Source: a phage
Sequence record: PZ386969.1
DNA length: 64,000 bases
Reading direction: 5' to 3' (one strand)
The position numbers and the translations under genes were made by a program. Positions 25,918 through 35,343 of this stretch are shown here, piece after piece; the first letter of the stretch is position 1, and the number at the start of each line of letters is the position of its first letter. The notes beneath the pieces are model-generated. The model searched no databases and was not told the DNA's origin. It was given only the letters and a program-made list of their open reading frames with translations.

Positions 25918-27702
25918 ATGCCATTCCCCGATAAAAATTGTTTATGCTGCCACAAACCGTTCACCCCAACCAGGAAGGCTGCGTTGTATTGTAGTGACGA
26001 ATGTAAATCATTCATGCTGGGAACGATGAAACGTAATCCGGGTTTGTTGGATGACATCCCGACGACCGAAACCGAATGCCGCTCTTGGGTTGATAGTAAA
26101 CTCAGGAAGAAAGATGGTTCGTTGAACTACAAACTTATCTCTCATCCCCTACTCACGGCCCATACTGGGGTTGATGTTGTTGGATACGTGGTGTCACACA
26201 ACGACCTATTAGAAGAACCACAAGCGATAACTGCTTGGCTGTACGATATTCCGAAGTCGCAGTGTGCCACTTGCGGTGCTGACGTCGGCTTAGAAATGGA
26301 AGTCCAACCACCTAGATACAAAAAGTTTTGTTCCGAAGAATGCCAACGAGAATCAATGAAGGTGGGAGGCTCAGAACGGGCCAACCTAGAAAACGCCATA
26401 ACAGAGAAATATGGCGTAGCCAACATATTCCAACTGGAAGAAGTAAAACAAAAGTCACGGGAAACTGCCCTTAAGAAATATGGGGTCGACCACCCTATGA
26501 AGTCTGATGTTATAAAGGACAGAGTGGCTGCTTCCGTCATGGAACGCTATGGCGTATCACACGTCATGAAAATGCCAGAAGTGAGGGAAAGGGTGATTGA
26601 GACTTGGAGGAAGATCTATGGTGTGGATCATCCAATGTTCCTCAATTCCATTATAGAAAAGAGAAAGAAAACATGCGTCTTAAAATATGGGGTTGATTAT
26701 CCGTTGAAGGTAAAGGCTATATGGGATAGAAGCCAGGCCAATATCAGGATCATTTCAAAAGAAAAATACGGCGTACCTCACTATTTCTCTTCTGAAGAAT
26801 ATAGGAACTCTTTCACATACCCCAGCAGTCAAAGCCAAACACAGCCAGAAATAGAAATATGTTCATACCTGGATTCATTGGGCGTCGTTTATGAATCTGG
26901 TAATTTCTCCGTCCTCAGAGGTAAAATGTTCGACGGGAGGGCGACCACACGCCAGATAGACATATACTGCCCAGAACATAAGTTGGCAATAGAATTTAAT
27001 GGGTTGTATTGGCATTCGGAGAAACATCGATACAAAGACTACCATCTTGAAAAGACCATGCACTGTGAATCACAGGGTATTCAATTAATCCATATCTGGG
27101 AAGATGAGTGGCGTGACAAACAGGAAGTGGTTAAATCACTCCTTAAAGCAAAATTGGGGATAGGGAAACCATTGTCATACGCTCGCCAACATACCATTTT
27201 GGAAGGCTCCTATAGGACGTCCAAGGACTTTCTCGACCGATTCCATATACAAGGCGGTGTGGTGGCGACAGATTATATACACCTTGTAGACAAAACTGGG
27301 AATATCCAGGCGGTGATGTTGTTTACCAAACGAGTGCATGGTATTGAATTGGTGAGATTTGCTTCTAACAATTGCCATGGCGCATTCTCACGCTTGCTGA
27401 AATATTATATCGCTCGACATCGGGGTGAGACAGTATATTCTTTTGGTGATCGTTGTGTTGTCAGTCGTCTGAAAAATGTTTACCTGAATAACGGATTTGT
27501 TGAAAAGGAAATCCTTCCCCCTGATTACAAATATGTGACACCAGACTATAGCTTACGTATACACAAATTCAATTTCAGGAAAGAGAAATTCCTTAAACTT
27601 GGATATGATATAGAAGGTAAAACAGAGGATATGCTGTCGGTAGAAGCTGGGTTGGGGCGTATCTGGGGGTGTGGTCTCATCCGGTATGAACTGGAAAACT
27701 AA
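25918..27702 (+). CDS. free-standing nuclease, probable homing endonuclease (zinc ribbon + five KYGV repeats + PD-(D/E)xK Vsr/DUF559-like domain)
   Basis: Plus-strand ORF between minus-strand sheath and tube genes; RQIDIYCPEHKLAIEFNGLYWHSE...IWEDEW nuclease motif; start moved from GTG 25903 to ATG with GTGAGGA RBS. Confidence 0.7.
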   Translation: MPFPDKNCLCCHKPFTPTRKAALYCSDECKSFMLGTMKRNPGLLDDIPTTETECRSWVDSKLRKKDGSLNYKLISHPLLTAHTGVDVVGYVVSHNDLLEEPQAITAWLYDIPKSQCATCGADVGLEMEVQPPRYKKFCSEECQRESMKVGGSERANLENAITEKYGVANIFQLEEVKQKSRETALKKYGVDHPMKSDVIKDRVAASVMERYGVSHVMKMPEVRERVIETWRKIYGVDHPMFLNSIIEKRKKTCVLKYGVDYPLKVKAIWDRSQANIRIISKEKYGVPHYFSSEEYRNSFTYPSSQSQTQPEIEICSYLDSLGVVYESGNFSVLRGKMFDGRATTRQIDIYCPEHKLAIEFNGLYWHSEKHRYKDYHLEKTMHCESQGIQLIHIWEDEWRDKQEVVKSLLKAKLGIGKPLSYARQHTILEGSYRTSKDFLDRFHIQGGVVATDYIHLVDKTGNIQAVMLFTKRVHGIELVRFASNNCHGAFSRLLKYYIARHRGETVYSFGDRCVVSRLKNVYLNNGFVEKEILPPDYKYVTPDYSLRIHKFNFRKEKFLKLGYDIEGKTEDMLSVEAGLGRIWGCGLIRYELEN

Positions 27703-27728
27703 AACCCCGCCGAAGCGGGGTTTGTTTT
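27703..27728. terminator. bidirectional terminator between nuclease gene (+) and sheath gene (-)
   Basis: AACCCCGCCGAAGCGGGGTT with T-runs on both sides. Confidence 0.65.
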
Positions 27729-29622
27729 AAGAGGCTGCAACGATACCACCGCCGGATTCGATCTCACTGAATTCCATGTCTGGTCGAACGGAAGCAAAAT
27801 CCAAAAATATCCAATTTATTGAGTATTCCGGCTTGAGCCAAATGCCCGCGACCATGGTGTTGGCTGCGATAACTTCCGCAGTATTGTTGTCCTCATCACA
27901 CTTCACCATCCCGTCATAGATCGCGCCCATGTTGGCCAACTGGCGGATATATGGGCGGACAGCGTTGCTGAACAACCCACGAGTGAATGCATCGTTGTTC
28001 TCACCAAGGTAGTATTTGGCGATGGCTGCGATGTTTTGCTCTGCCATAATGAACAGACCACGAACGTTGATGCGGTCGAACGCAGATGGGCGGGTCAGGC
28101 CAGTCTTGTCGCCGTACAACACGATGCCTTCGTTGGAGAAGGTGACAATGCTGTTGATCTGGTTGCGATACAGCACAGCACGCTCATCAGAAGACGCAGA
28201 CCACGCCATTCGATTATAGTTGTTGTATTTACCACGGTTGTGGAACGCCGGAGATTTGTAGATACCCGCGATTTCAATGCTTCGCGCCCAAACACCTGCG
28301 GTGCCGCCACAAGCCGGAATCCAACGCATTTTGTCGTTGTACTTGTCGTACACATACGCCCAGTTGTCATCCATGAAGAAGTAGGAGGAGTCGCGAACAA
28401 GGCTTTCACGCCAGGCCACAACATCATCCATCTCACGACCACGGTTCCCGACGACCGCATCGCGAAGAGGAGACACGAAGGACACGGTGTCTTTACGCTC
28501 AGTGGACAGGTCGATCAGCGCCTGCTGCTCAATCAGTTCTTCACAGAAACCGAACACTGGCTTGGCATCATATGCTTCGGCGTTGTTCAGTGCCTGGATA
28601 GCCGCAACACGGTTCCCAGTGTAATCGTCTACACCACCTTCGAGTTCAATGACACCAGCAGCCAGGGTAGTGGCGAAGGTGTACACCCAATTTGAGGTGC
28701 CGTTGATCACGTCTTTGAAGTACGCATTGGATCCATCAGATTTCTTAGAACCCTGAGCGGTCTGCACCAGTTCATACTTCTCGATGATCGTACCGGAAGC
28801 ACCAACAGTGGTGACGGCAGCGGTAGCAGTCAGACCATTCGCGTCTGGAACAATCGCAGTCGCAGCCTGAGGACCGATTGCTTTGTGAGTGACGGTGACG
28901 GTGTTGGACTTCACAACAACAGAAGAATATACTTCAGACAGCTCCGTCAGCGCAGTTCCGATCTTGGTCGCCAGAGTCGCCGGGGTGTCAGCGTCAGTGT
29001 ACGCCACGGCTTTACCAGCAACAGAGATGGAACCAGCAGCGGTGGCAGTACCGGATACAGAGATACGATCAACCTGACTAACAGCGCCAGAAGAGTCGGT
29101 AATGCGCCCTACTTTGTCAACGATGGCGATATGGTACTCGCCATCCTGCGGAGCATATGCGAAGTTGTTACGGAATTCCCAGGTCGGGAACAGCGTAGCA
29201 TCACAGATGTTCACAGCAATGTCGTTACCCAGAGAGCCAGCATAGCGGCCTGTCCAGGTAATAGACGCAGATGGGGACGCGGTTTCGAAGTCTAGTTTGT
29301 TGCGGATAAGGATTGCAGTCTGACCTTTGGTTACAGCGTTGCGTGCCGCCGGACCGACCACACGGGTCACCCATGCAACAGAGCTGTAAGACAGGAAGTC
29401 AGCAATCACTAAGAAGTCGGTGGCAGTTGCATCGTTTGGCTTGAAGAATTTCTTCACCAGACCAGTTTCACCACCAGTGACCAACACAGGGAGTTCTGCC
29501 TCACCCCATTGGAATTTGCCGACAGTCGCACCCTGAACAACAACGGATGGAGACGTCTGAAGCGTGGCATCACGCTCAGTCCACTGTACGGACGGCGCAA
29601 CGCTGAAGCTTTGAGTTGCCAT
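27727..29622 (-). CDS. gp18: tail sheath protein (gp18-like)
   Basis: GKFQWG near N-terminus as in T4 gp18; 631 aa; late motif CTAAATATC about 35 nt upstream; start moved to ATG MATQSF. Confidence 0.9.
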   Translation of the reverse strand: MATQSFSVAPSVQWTERDATLQTSPSVVVQGATVGKFQWGEAELPVLVTGGETGLVKKFFKPNDATATDFLVIADFLSYSSVAWVTRVVGPAARNAVTKGQTAILIRNKLDFETASPSASITWTGRYAGSLGNDIAVNICDATLFPTWEFRNNFAYAPQDGEYHIAIVDKVGRITDSSGAVSQVDRISVSGTATAAGSISVAGKAVAYTDADTPATLATKIGTALTELSEVYSSVVVKSNTVTVTHKAIGPQAATAIVPDANGLTATAAVTTVGASGTIIEKYELVQTAQGSKKSDGSNAYFKDVINGTSNWVYTFATTLAAGVIELEGGVDDYTGNRVAAIQALNNAEAYDAKPVFGFCEELIEQQALIDLSTERKDTVSFVSPLRDAVVGNRGREMDDVVAWRESLVRDSSYFFMDDNWAYVYDKYNDKMRWIPACGGTAGVWARSIEIAGIYKSPAFHNRGKYNNYNRMAWSASSDERAVLYRNQINSIVTFSNEGIVLYGDKTGLTRPSAFDRINVRGLFIMAEQNIAAIAKYYLGENNDAFTRGLFSNAVRPYIRQLANMGAIYDGMVKCDEDNNTAEVIAANTMVAGIWLKPEYSINWIFLDFASVRPDMEFSEIESGGGIVAAS

Positions 29623-29662
29623 AATCTTATTCCTTCTCTGTAGAGTTTCGCTCAATTTGAAA

Positions 29663-29673
29663 GATATTTAGTG
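29663..29673 (-). promoter_or_regulatory. late promoter motif CACTAAATATC upstream of sheath gene
   Basis: Motif about 40 nt before ATG 29622. Confidence 0.45.
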
Positions 29674-29674
29674 A

Positions 29675-31885
29675 TCACCGTCTCAGCCATTCTTCCATAG
29701 ACATACCAGAGCGTTCATCATAAACCTGAATTCCACCGAACCCTGGGATGTTCTCCACAGAGTGAGGATCTGGCGTCGACATCATACCCCCAAATGGTAG
29801 CATCTGAGATTCTTCCATCGCAGACAACCGTCCTCTCATGTCGACTGAGATACTGGAGTTGGTGAGGTCACTAAACCATTCTTGTTTCACCGCCCATGCA
29901 TACAGCACAAGAGGCATTACACAGTCATCATGACAACCATCATCGGCTTCATACCTTGTTCCAGTCCATACGAATGTACTGAGTTCATCTATCGTGTCCT
30001 GGTCATCTATCACCAGCATTTCACGTTCAATCAGGGCTTTCAGGTTGGCACAGCCGTTTGTGCGCACCTTCTTGTTGGTATTGATACCAGGCTCAGGGCG
30101 GCGACCACCGATTCTCTTGCCTGTGCCCTTGGTATCTGTTGTAGTGAAGATGATCTCGGGATATTCAATTTCCTGGTATAGAATTGTGATCACCTGACCA
30201 CCCACGTCGTTGTTAGTCTCGACTAGCATCGGGCACGTTCCATACTTCTCGCCCATATCGGCGATTGTGTACGCGTACATCATTGGAGGTATCGTGTTAT
30301 TTCGATACTTGGCTGCGATCTTGTGAGGATAGTCTGTGATGTCGATAATGGTCAGCACAGAATAATCCCCTTCGACACCCTTGCCTGTATCTGCGATACC
30401 CATATAGATGCGCTTAGGATCGTAGTCGTGATAAATCTTGGTGAACTCGTTCGGCTCCTGATACAGCTTCGAGGTCATCTTGTCCAGACACTTGGCAGGT
30501 ATCAGTGATCCCACAGAACCACGGAACTTAATGCCAAATTCTTGATCGAAACGTGCATCACCCAGCTTCGCCCTTTGTTTGGATTCCCAGTCTGGATCTT
30601 TGGTGTACGTTGGAACACGATACCATGGGACCTCGGTGAGTTTGAAGTCGTTGTATTGTGGGTGTTCTGGGTTCGCCTTGGTGACGATGTCGTAGAACAA
30701 CCCGCGCTGACCTTTCGGCGTACTGGTCAGAATACAACGTGAAGTCTCTGCAGATGCAATCGCCGGGAATGTAGACTCCCAGAATTCAAAGTCGTTTTCA
30801 ATGAACGCCACTTCGTCCACATACAGGAGCGATACGGATCGACCACGGATGGAGTCGGAAGATGTCGCATAGGCGTAGATCTTTGATCCGTTTTCGAACT
30901 CGATCAGCGTGGAACCGAACTTCTCACAACCCTGTTGGAGGAAGAATGGCAAATCTTGATATGCTTTGCGAATACGATCTAGGATTTCAATCGCCTGCTT
31001 CTCTTTGTTCGCCAGTACTGCGATCTCTTTGTCGGAGTGGAACATCGCATACCAGAGCAGGAACGCTGCCACGACTGTCGTGTTGTGGCTGAGGAAGCCG
31101 TTGGTGTAGTAGCGCTGATCACTAGATTTCACCTGTAGGTCATACATGTGATGTGTCTCACCAGTCTGCCAAATCTCACGGATTTCTTCTGGACCTTCTG
31201 ACGTCATGATGTATGACCCAGAATTCAGGTCTTTGGCAAATATCTCCTTCATTTCCGGAGTGAAGAATATATGTTCGTCGGCCACGTTAATTCGCCGCCC
31301 AGTAACAGTCACAATAACGAATTCCGCATATTTCTTCGTCTTATGCGCTGCGATAACCGGAACCCAACCACTATCGGATTGCACAAAGTAACGTTTGCCG
31401 AAGCGGCTGTCCACGAACTTGTCATGGTTGCCAATGGTATTCAGCGGCACAGCGTGGTTGACGTCCTCGAAGCGGCTGTGAAGCTCCCCTATGGTCAGGA
31501 GCAACTGCTCTTGGCTGAGAGTATCGTAAACTGTGACAAGCGTGTCACCTTTTACACATTTCCCAGACTGACGAGCCTGGACGACCGCATTGAATCGATA
31601 GTCCTGGAAGTCATGGAACAACTGCTTCTGGTAATCGTGCATGTCAAAGAGGATGAAGCCTTTATCGATGGTCGTGATCTTGTAGTAGTTGGCGGCGAAG
31701 TAATGGGCGTCCATCGCGCACTCGACGAACTCCGATTCCTGCTCATCTGTTAGCATCAACTCCACACGAGGAGCGCGCACAGACGGCTTGCGCATGAACG
31801 TTTGGTCCATACGCAGTCTGACGTCTTCTGTCTTAAACCCCGTCTTGAGTGGGGCGTATTCTACATCACGCTTCTGATACGCCAT
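29675..31885 (-). CDS. terL: terminase large subunit (gp17-like) containing a mini-intein
   Basis: ARQSGK...TTVVAAFLLWYAMFHSDKEIAVLA matches T4 gp17 [30 protein letters not shown] once the insert is removed; C-terminal HDDCVMPLV; start at ATG with AAGGTG RBS. Confidence 0.9.
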   Translation of the reverse strand: MAYQKRDVEYAPLKTGFKTEDVRLRMDQTFMRKPSVRAPRVELMLTDEQESEFVECAMDAHYFAANYYKITTIDKGFILFDMHDYQKQLFHDFQDYRFNAVVQARQSGKCVKGDTLVTVYDTLSQEQLLLTIGELHSRFEDVNHAVPLNTIGNHDKFVDSRFGKRYFVQSDSGWVPVIAAHKTKKYAEFVIVTVTGRRINVADEHIFFTPEMKEIFAKDLNSGSYIMTSEGPEEIREIWQTGETHHMYDLQVKSSDQRYYTNGFLSHNTTVVAAFLLWYAMFHSDKEIAVLANKEKQAIEILDRIRKAYQDLPFFLQQGCEKFGSTLIEFENGSKIYAYATSSDSIRGRSVSLLYVDEVAFIENDFEFWESTFPAIASAETSRCILTSTPKGQRGLFYDIVTKANPEHPQYNDFKLTEVPWYRVPTYTKDPDWESKQRAKLGDARFDQEFGIKFRGSVGSLIPAKCLDKMTSKLYQEPNEFTKIYHDYDPKRIYMGIADTGKGVEGDYSVLTIIDITDYPHKIAAKYRNNTIPPMMYAYTIADMGEKYGTCPMLVETNNDVGGQVITILYQEIEYPEIIFTTTDTKGTGKRIGGRRPEPGINTNKKVRTNGCANLKALIEREMLVIDDQDTIDELSTFVWTGTRYEADDGCHDDCVMPLVLYAWAVKQEWFSDLTNSSISVDMRGRLSAMEESQMLPFGGMMSTPDPHSVENIPGFGGIQVYDERSGMSMEEWLRR
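31082..31558 (-). mobile_element. mini-intein (159 aa) in the TerL Walker A motif
   Basis: Insert begins CVKGDTLV right after SGK and ends SHN followed by Thr; no endonuclease domain. Confidence 0.8.
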
Positions 31886-32588
31886 TGTCTTCACCTTCTT
31901 CCTTCGGCTGCGGCTCGGCCTGAACGTCGATTACATCTTCTTCGGGATCAGGTCCTTTGGACGCAGCTTTCGCTGCAGCACGTTCTTCAGCACGTTTACG
32001 GGCGTCTTCGATGGTCTTCAGTAGATCACGGGAAGACCTGGCCTGTTTACCGACGTTGACCGTGGTTGTGCCATCAGGGGACGTGGTGACCTCGACGGTT
32101 GTTTCATCTCCAGGAGGTGGCTCTCTGTCGCCCGTGACTGCCTTGATAGTTTTCTGGTTCTCCATCAGGTCTTTGTTCAGACCGCGCATGAGTTCACCCA
32201 ACTCTTTAAAGACTGTGAAGGCACGGGGTGCTTCAGTCGTCGTCGCAAGTTTGGCTGCCTGTCCCATCATGAACATCGTGGCTTCCTGCATGGCATAAGT
32301 CGTGTCACGGATGCGTTTGTAGTCGGTGGTGGCATCAGTGTCTTCGAAGTCTGGAACCTTAGACTCCTTGGGCTTCAGCTCTTCTGGGTCCAATGAAGGA
32401 GGAAACACCACAGGCTCATACCCCGCAGACTCATACCCCGCAGGCTTTTCACCCAACCATTCACCTGTATCCGGATCGTAATCTTTTCCAGCCACAGGCG
32501 AGGTCTTCTCCATGACTTCTTGAGCGACCTCATCTCGCGCTTGGATAGCACTGAGGGTGGATAATAGGCGTTCTGACATAGCACTCAT
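31866..32588 (-). CDS. terS: terminase small subunit (gp16-like)
   Basis: Central region resembles T4 gp16; overlaps terL start by 20 nt; start moved from TTG to ATG with GGAG RBS. Confidence 0.6.
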   Translation of the reverse strand: MSAMSERLLSTLSAIQARDEVAQEVMEKTSPVAGKDYDPDTGEWLGEKPAGYESAGYEPVVFPPSLDPEELKPKESKVPDFEDTDATTDYKRIRDTTYAMQEATMFMMGQAAKLATTTEAPRAFTVFKELGELMRGLNKDLMENQKTIKAVTGDREPPPGDETTVEVTTSPDGTTTVNVGKQARSSRDLLKTIEDARKRAEERAAAKAASKGPDPEEDVIDVQAEPQPKEEGEDNGVSEA

Positions 32589-32590
32589 AA

Positions 32591-33286
32591 TCAATCTCCA
32601 GGATGATGTACACCGTCTTTGTCAACACGGAACCACTCTGGCAGTTCCGTCCACGGTGTTTTCAAATCATTAGACATTTCGATAATTATCTCTTTGATCC
32701 CGTTAGGATCCCCACCTCCACCGTTGTCCACCCAATAGTCATACCCGTAGATGAAGCCACTCAGCTGGAACATGAAGGAGCAGTCGACGTGTGGTGAATC
32801 AGAAGCATCCCCTTCCCAGTTATCGGACATCTGGTGGCTAACCAGTTGGATCTTGATCTTCTGGTCTTGCTGTAGTGTATCGTTGTCCTTGATACCACAG
32901 TCTAGAGAGGGAGTGAATACCGAATAAACCTGCTCTAGCACCTGTAACATCTCAACCAATTTCTTGGTTCGGATATTGTACTCAAAATCGATAATCAGGG
33001 GGATTCGCTGCTTCGCCCCTGCTGTTGGTGTCGATTGTCGATTGTGGTACGTCTTCGTCACCTGTTTGTTGATCTCAAACTGACCAAAAGAGAAAGTCGC
33101 AAATGGAAGCATGTTGGACGGCACGTTCCTGTTGAGGTCATTGCGTCTCCCGATGGCCATGTGTAATGGGACTTCCATAAGTCCACGCTCTGTGTTCACC
33201 TTCAGGTCAGACATAATGGTGGCAAACAGATTGATGTATTTCATCAATGAATCATGGTAGAAGTAATTTTCAAATGGTCTGGCCAT
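32591..33286 (-). CDS. tail sheath stabiliser / tail completion protein (gp15 position)
   Basis: Synteny between gp14 and terS; weak resemblance to T4 gp15. Confidence 0.5.
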   Translation of the reverse strand: MARPFENYFYHDSLMKYINLFATIMSDLKVNTERGLMEVPLHMAIGRRNDLNRNVPSNMLPFATFSFGQFEINKQVTKTYHNRQSTPTAGAKQRIPLIIDFEYNIRTKKLVEMLQVLEQVYSVFTPSLDCGIKDNDTLQQDQKIKIQLVSHQMSDNWEGDASDSPHVDCSFMFQLSGFIYGYDYWVDNGGGGDPNGIKEIIIEMSNDLKTPWTELPEWFRVDKDGVHHPGD

Positions 33287-33288
33287 GA

Positions 33289-33939
33289 TTATTCTCCAAA
33301 GTCGATCTTCATCTTGTCTGTTGCAAGTCCCTTCTCAAGAACATCTGCTAAAGCATTGTCGGTCTGTAGAGAAGAATCCTTGTACACGTCCGGTTCGTTC
33401 TCTTCGTCCAAGATGGACAGACGTTTGTCGATATCGTCGATCTCCGGAACGCCCGTATCGAAGTTTTCGTTGCCGTACTGGAACAACGTGCACGGTAGAG
33501 AGAACGTATACCATTTGCCAAATTGCATGAAGTCTTCATCGTTGTTCGGGTTGTTGACCTTGAAGATCTTGTTCGCCAGTGGTAGATAGATCAGGTCACC
33601 TTCCTGAGGTTGTTGTTCAAACCCAACACCGTTGCCTATCACCTCAGCAAATCGGCGGCGCGAGATAGAGAACGTCACTTCGTCTTGCAATTGGATACCC
33701 CCAAACTTCTCCCACATCTGGGTGTTGAAGCCCTGGTAATCCTGCATGTATGCTTCGATGTCGAACGCCTGGTCGAATCTGTGGTTAGCATCGTTGGTGA
33801 TAGGAAATTTTTCAACGATGGAACGGGGTATATACTTGATGTCTATCCCGCGCAACTCAATCATTTCCTGTACCAAATCTTCAATCAGCTTCTGTGTGCC
33901 TTGGTGATTGGTGGCGTTGAAATATTTAGAAGTGGCCAT
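33289..33939 (-). CDS. neck protein (gp14 position)
   Basis: Synteny; late motif GACTAAATACC about 25 nt upstream. Confidence 0.5.
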   Translation of the reverse strand: MATSKYFNATNHQGTQKLIEDLVQEMIELRGIDIKYIPRSIVEKFPITNDANHRFDQAFDIEAYMQDYQGFNTQMWEKFGGIQLQDEVTFSISRRRFAEVIGNGVGFEQQPQEGDLIYLPLANKIFKVNNPNNDEDFMQFGKWYTFSLPCTLFQYGNENFDTGVPEIDDIDKRLSILDEENEPDVYKDSSLQTDNALADVLEKGLATDKMKIDFGE

Positions 33940-33960
33940 ATCGATACCCTCAATTTTGAA

Positions 33961-33971
33961 GGTATTTAGTC
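33961..33971 (-). promoter_or_regulatory. late promoter motif GACTAAATACC upstream of gp14-position gene
   Basis: Motif about 25 nt before ATG 33939. Confidence 0.45.
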
Positions 33972-33998
33972 GAAGTTTATTCTTTTGAGGAATAGCTC

Positions 33999-34211
33999 AT
34001 GCAAGTGGAAGACATCAAAGAAGTTCGCAGCGGTCGTCGCGTCCGAATCATCTGTGTAGACGCCAAGATTGGAGGTGGTGATTACGACATCGTCGGTCTG
34101 GTGAAAGAAGTAGATGGCACAGACTTCATTGAGTGGTGGAACTCCAAAGACAAGACAGAAGACGGTCTGCTGCGTGGTAGTGGCAACGGAAACCTGGATT
34201 TGAAAATCTAA
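33999..34211 (+). CDS. hypothetical protein (70 aa), plus strand inside the neck module
   Basis: ATG with GAGGAA RBS; bidirectional terminator hairpin downstream. Confidence 0.4.
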   Translation: MQVEDIKEVRSGRRVRIICVDAKIGGGDYDIVGLVKEVDGTDFIEWWNSKDKTEDGLLRGSGNGNLDLKI

Positions 34212-34217
34212 AAGAAG

Positions 34218-34240
34218 GGCGGGTAATCCCGCCTTTCCTT
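34218..34240. terminator. bidirectional terminator
   Basis: Stem GGCGGG/CCCGCC, loop TAAT, T-runs on both strands. Confidence 0.55.
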
Positions 34241-34997
34241 ATCCCATGTAGAAGTCGATAGGGTACTGCTGACCAGTACGCAATTCTTCCTCTAAACGCT
34301 CGATCTCCGCTTCAGCCTCACTGAACATACTATCGCCATCCAGCTCGATACCGCCAGGGAGACGGATGCCTCTTGCCTTCTTGAGCACTTCTGCCCAGCG
34401 GCGCTTGACCAACGCAGTTGCATATGCCTTCAGCCACATATCATTCCATGCTTCTTCATTACCCTCAACCTCTGGGTCGATGTTCTGGAAGCATTTGAAC
34501 GCCAACACCTCGTCCTTTATCAGGGCGAATTGTGGGTAGAGTTTGCGCTGGAATTTCTTGTAAACGAAGGTGCGCTTCACGTTCAGCACACTGGTTATGT
34601 CAGACAAACGCTGTTGCATTGAAACATAGTCGACCAAGCGGATGGAAACGAGGGCGGCCTTTGGTACCAACATGGCTTGGGCCATCTGCCATTGAGGGGT
34701 TGCCCAGTTACCGATCGATTCAATCGGAGGGCCAACGATGACTTCAACCACGTCGTCGATGTCTTTGGGGAATTCGATGTAACCGTTGGTGATAGTTTCT
34801 TCAGTCACCTGGTGAACAAAGAATGCGTCCTGACTGCCATCACGATGATACTCCCAAAACTTCTGTAGAGCATCGTCTACAGCATCCGAAACTTGCGTTG
34901 GGTCAAGGTTGATCTGAATTACAGGTGCCCCCAATTTCTTGAGAATGTAATTCATAAATCCTTTACGATCAACAATAGAATTAACGGCCATTGCCAT
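34239..34997 (-). CDS. gp13: neck protein (gp13-like)
   Basis: KKLGAPVIQINLDPTQVSDAVDDAL matches T4 gp13 [25 protein letters not shown]; C-terminal LPGGIELDG. Confidence 0.8.
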   Translation of the reverse strand: MAMAVNSIVDRKGFMNYILKKLGAPVIQINLDPTQVSDAVDDALQKFWEYHRDGSQDAFFVHQVTEETITNGYIEFPKDIDDVVEVIVGPPIESIGNWATPQWQMAQAMLVPKAALVSIRLVDYVSMQQRLSDITSVLNVKRTFVYKKFQRKLYPQFALIKDEVLAFKCFQNIDPEVEGNEEAWNDMWLKAYATALVKRRWAEVLKKARGIRLPGGIELDGDSMFSEAEAEIERLEEELRTGQQYPIDFYMG

Positions 34998-35343
34998 TCC
35001 CCTTGTTGCTCTGGATATCAGCGACGGTGATACGTAAAGTGCGAACGTCGTCAGATAGACTGTTGCTATTGAGTTTCAACTCAGCAACGTTCTGCTTAAC
35101 GTAGTTGACGTCTGTGTTTAACACAGCAATCTTCTCATTCATATCGTTCACCTTGGTGAGGATTAGGTCGACCTTGTTGGAGTCACGCTCAACCACATCA
35201 AGGCGATTCTCAAATTTACCCATCATCCAAACAACCGAGCCAACAGAGACTATCGTCGCCGTCAGCACCCCGGTGAGGATCGCTTTCACATCGATCACAG
35301 TGTCAGTTTGGGTTGCCATCTTGGCCTCCTGACGGGAGTTCAA
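34981..35343 (-). CDS. membrane-anchored coiled-coil protein
   Basis: Hydrophobic helix ILTGVLTATIVSVGSVVWMMG followed by heptad-like segment. Confidence 0.45.
   Translation of the reverse strand: MNSRQEAKMATQTDTVIDVKAILTGVLTATIVSVGSVVWMMGKFENRLDVVERDSNKVDLILTKVNDMNEKIAVLNTDVNYVKQNVAELKLNSNSLSDDVRTLRITVADIQSNKGNGNGR

Larger units (their letters stand above)
25903..27728 (+). mobile_element. putative free-standing homing endonuclease insertion between gp18 and gp19
   Basis: Opposite-strand nuclease gene with own RBS and terminator interrupting a conserved late operon. Confidence 0.55.

Noticed and set aside
28036-28695. 219-aa plus-strand ORF inside the sheath gene, and similar plus ORFs inside the giant gene and terL
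   Set aside because: Antisense to genes with clear T4 homology; Arg/His-rich junk translation.
32415-32444. 15-nt tandem duplication CTCATACCCCGCAGA x2 inside terS
   Set aside because: In-frame duplication encoding GYESAGYEP; real but small and without obvious functional implication.
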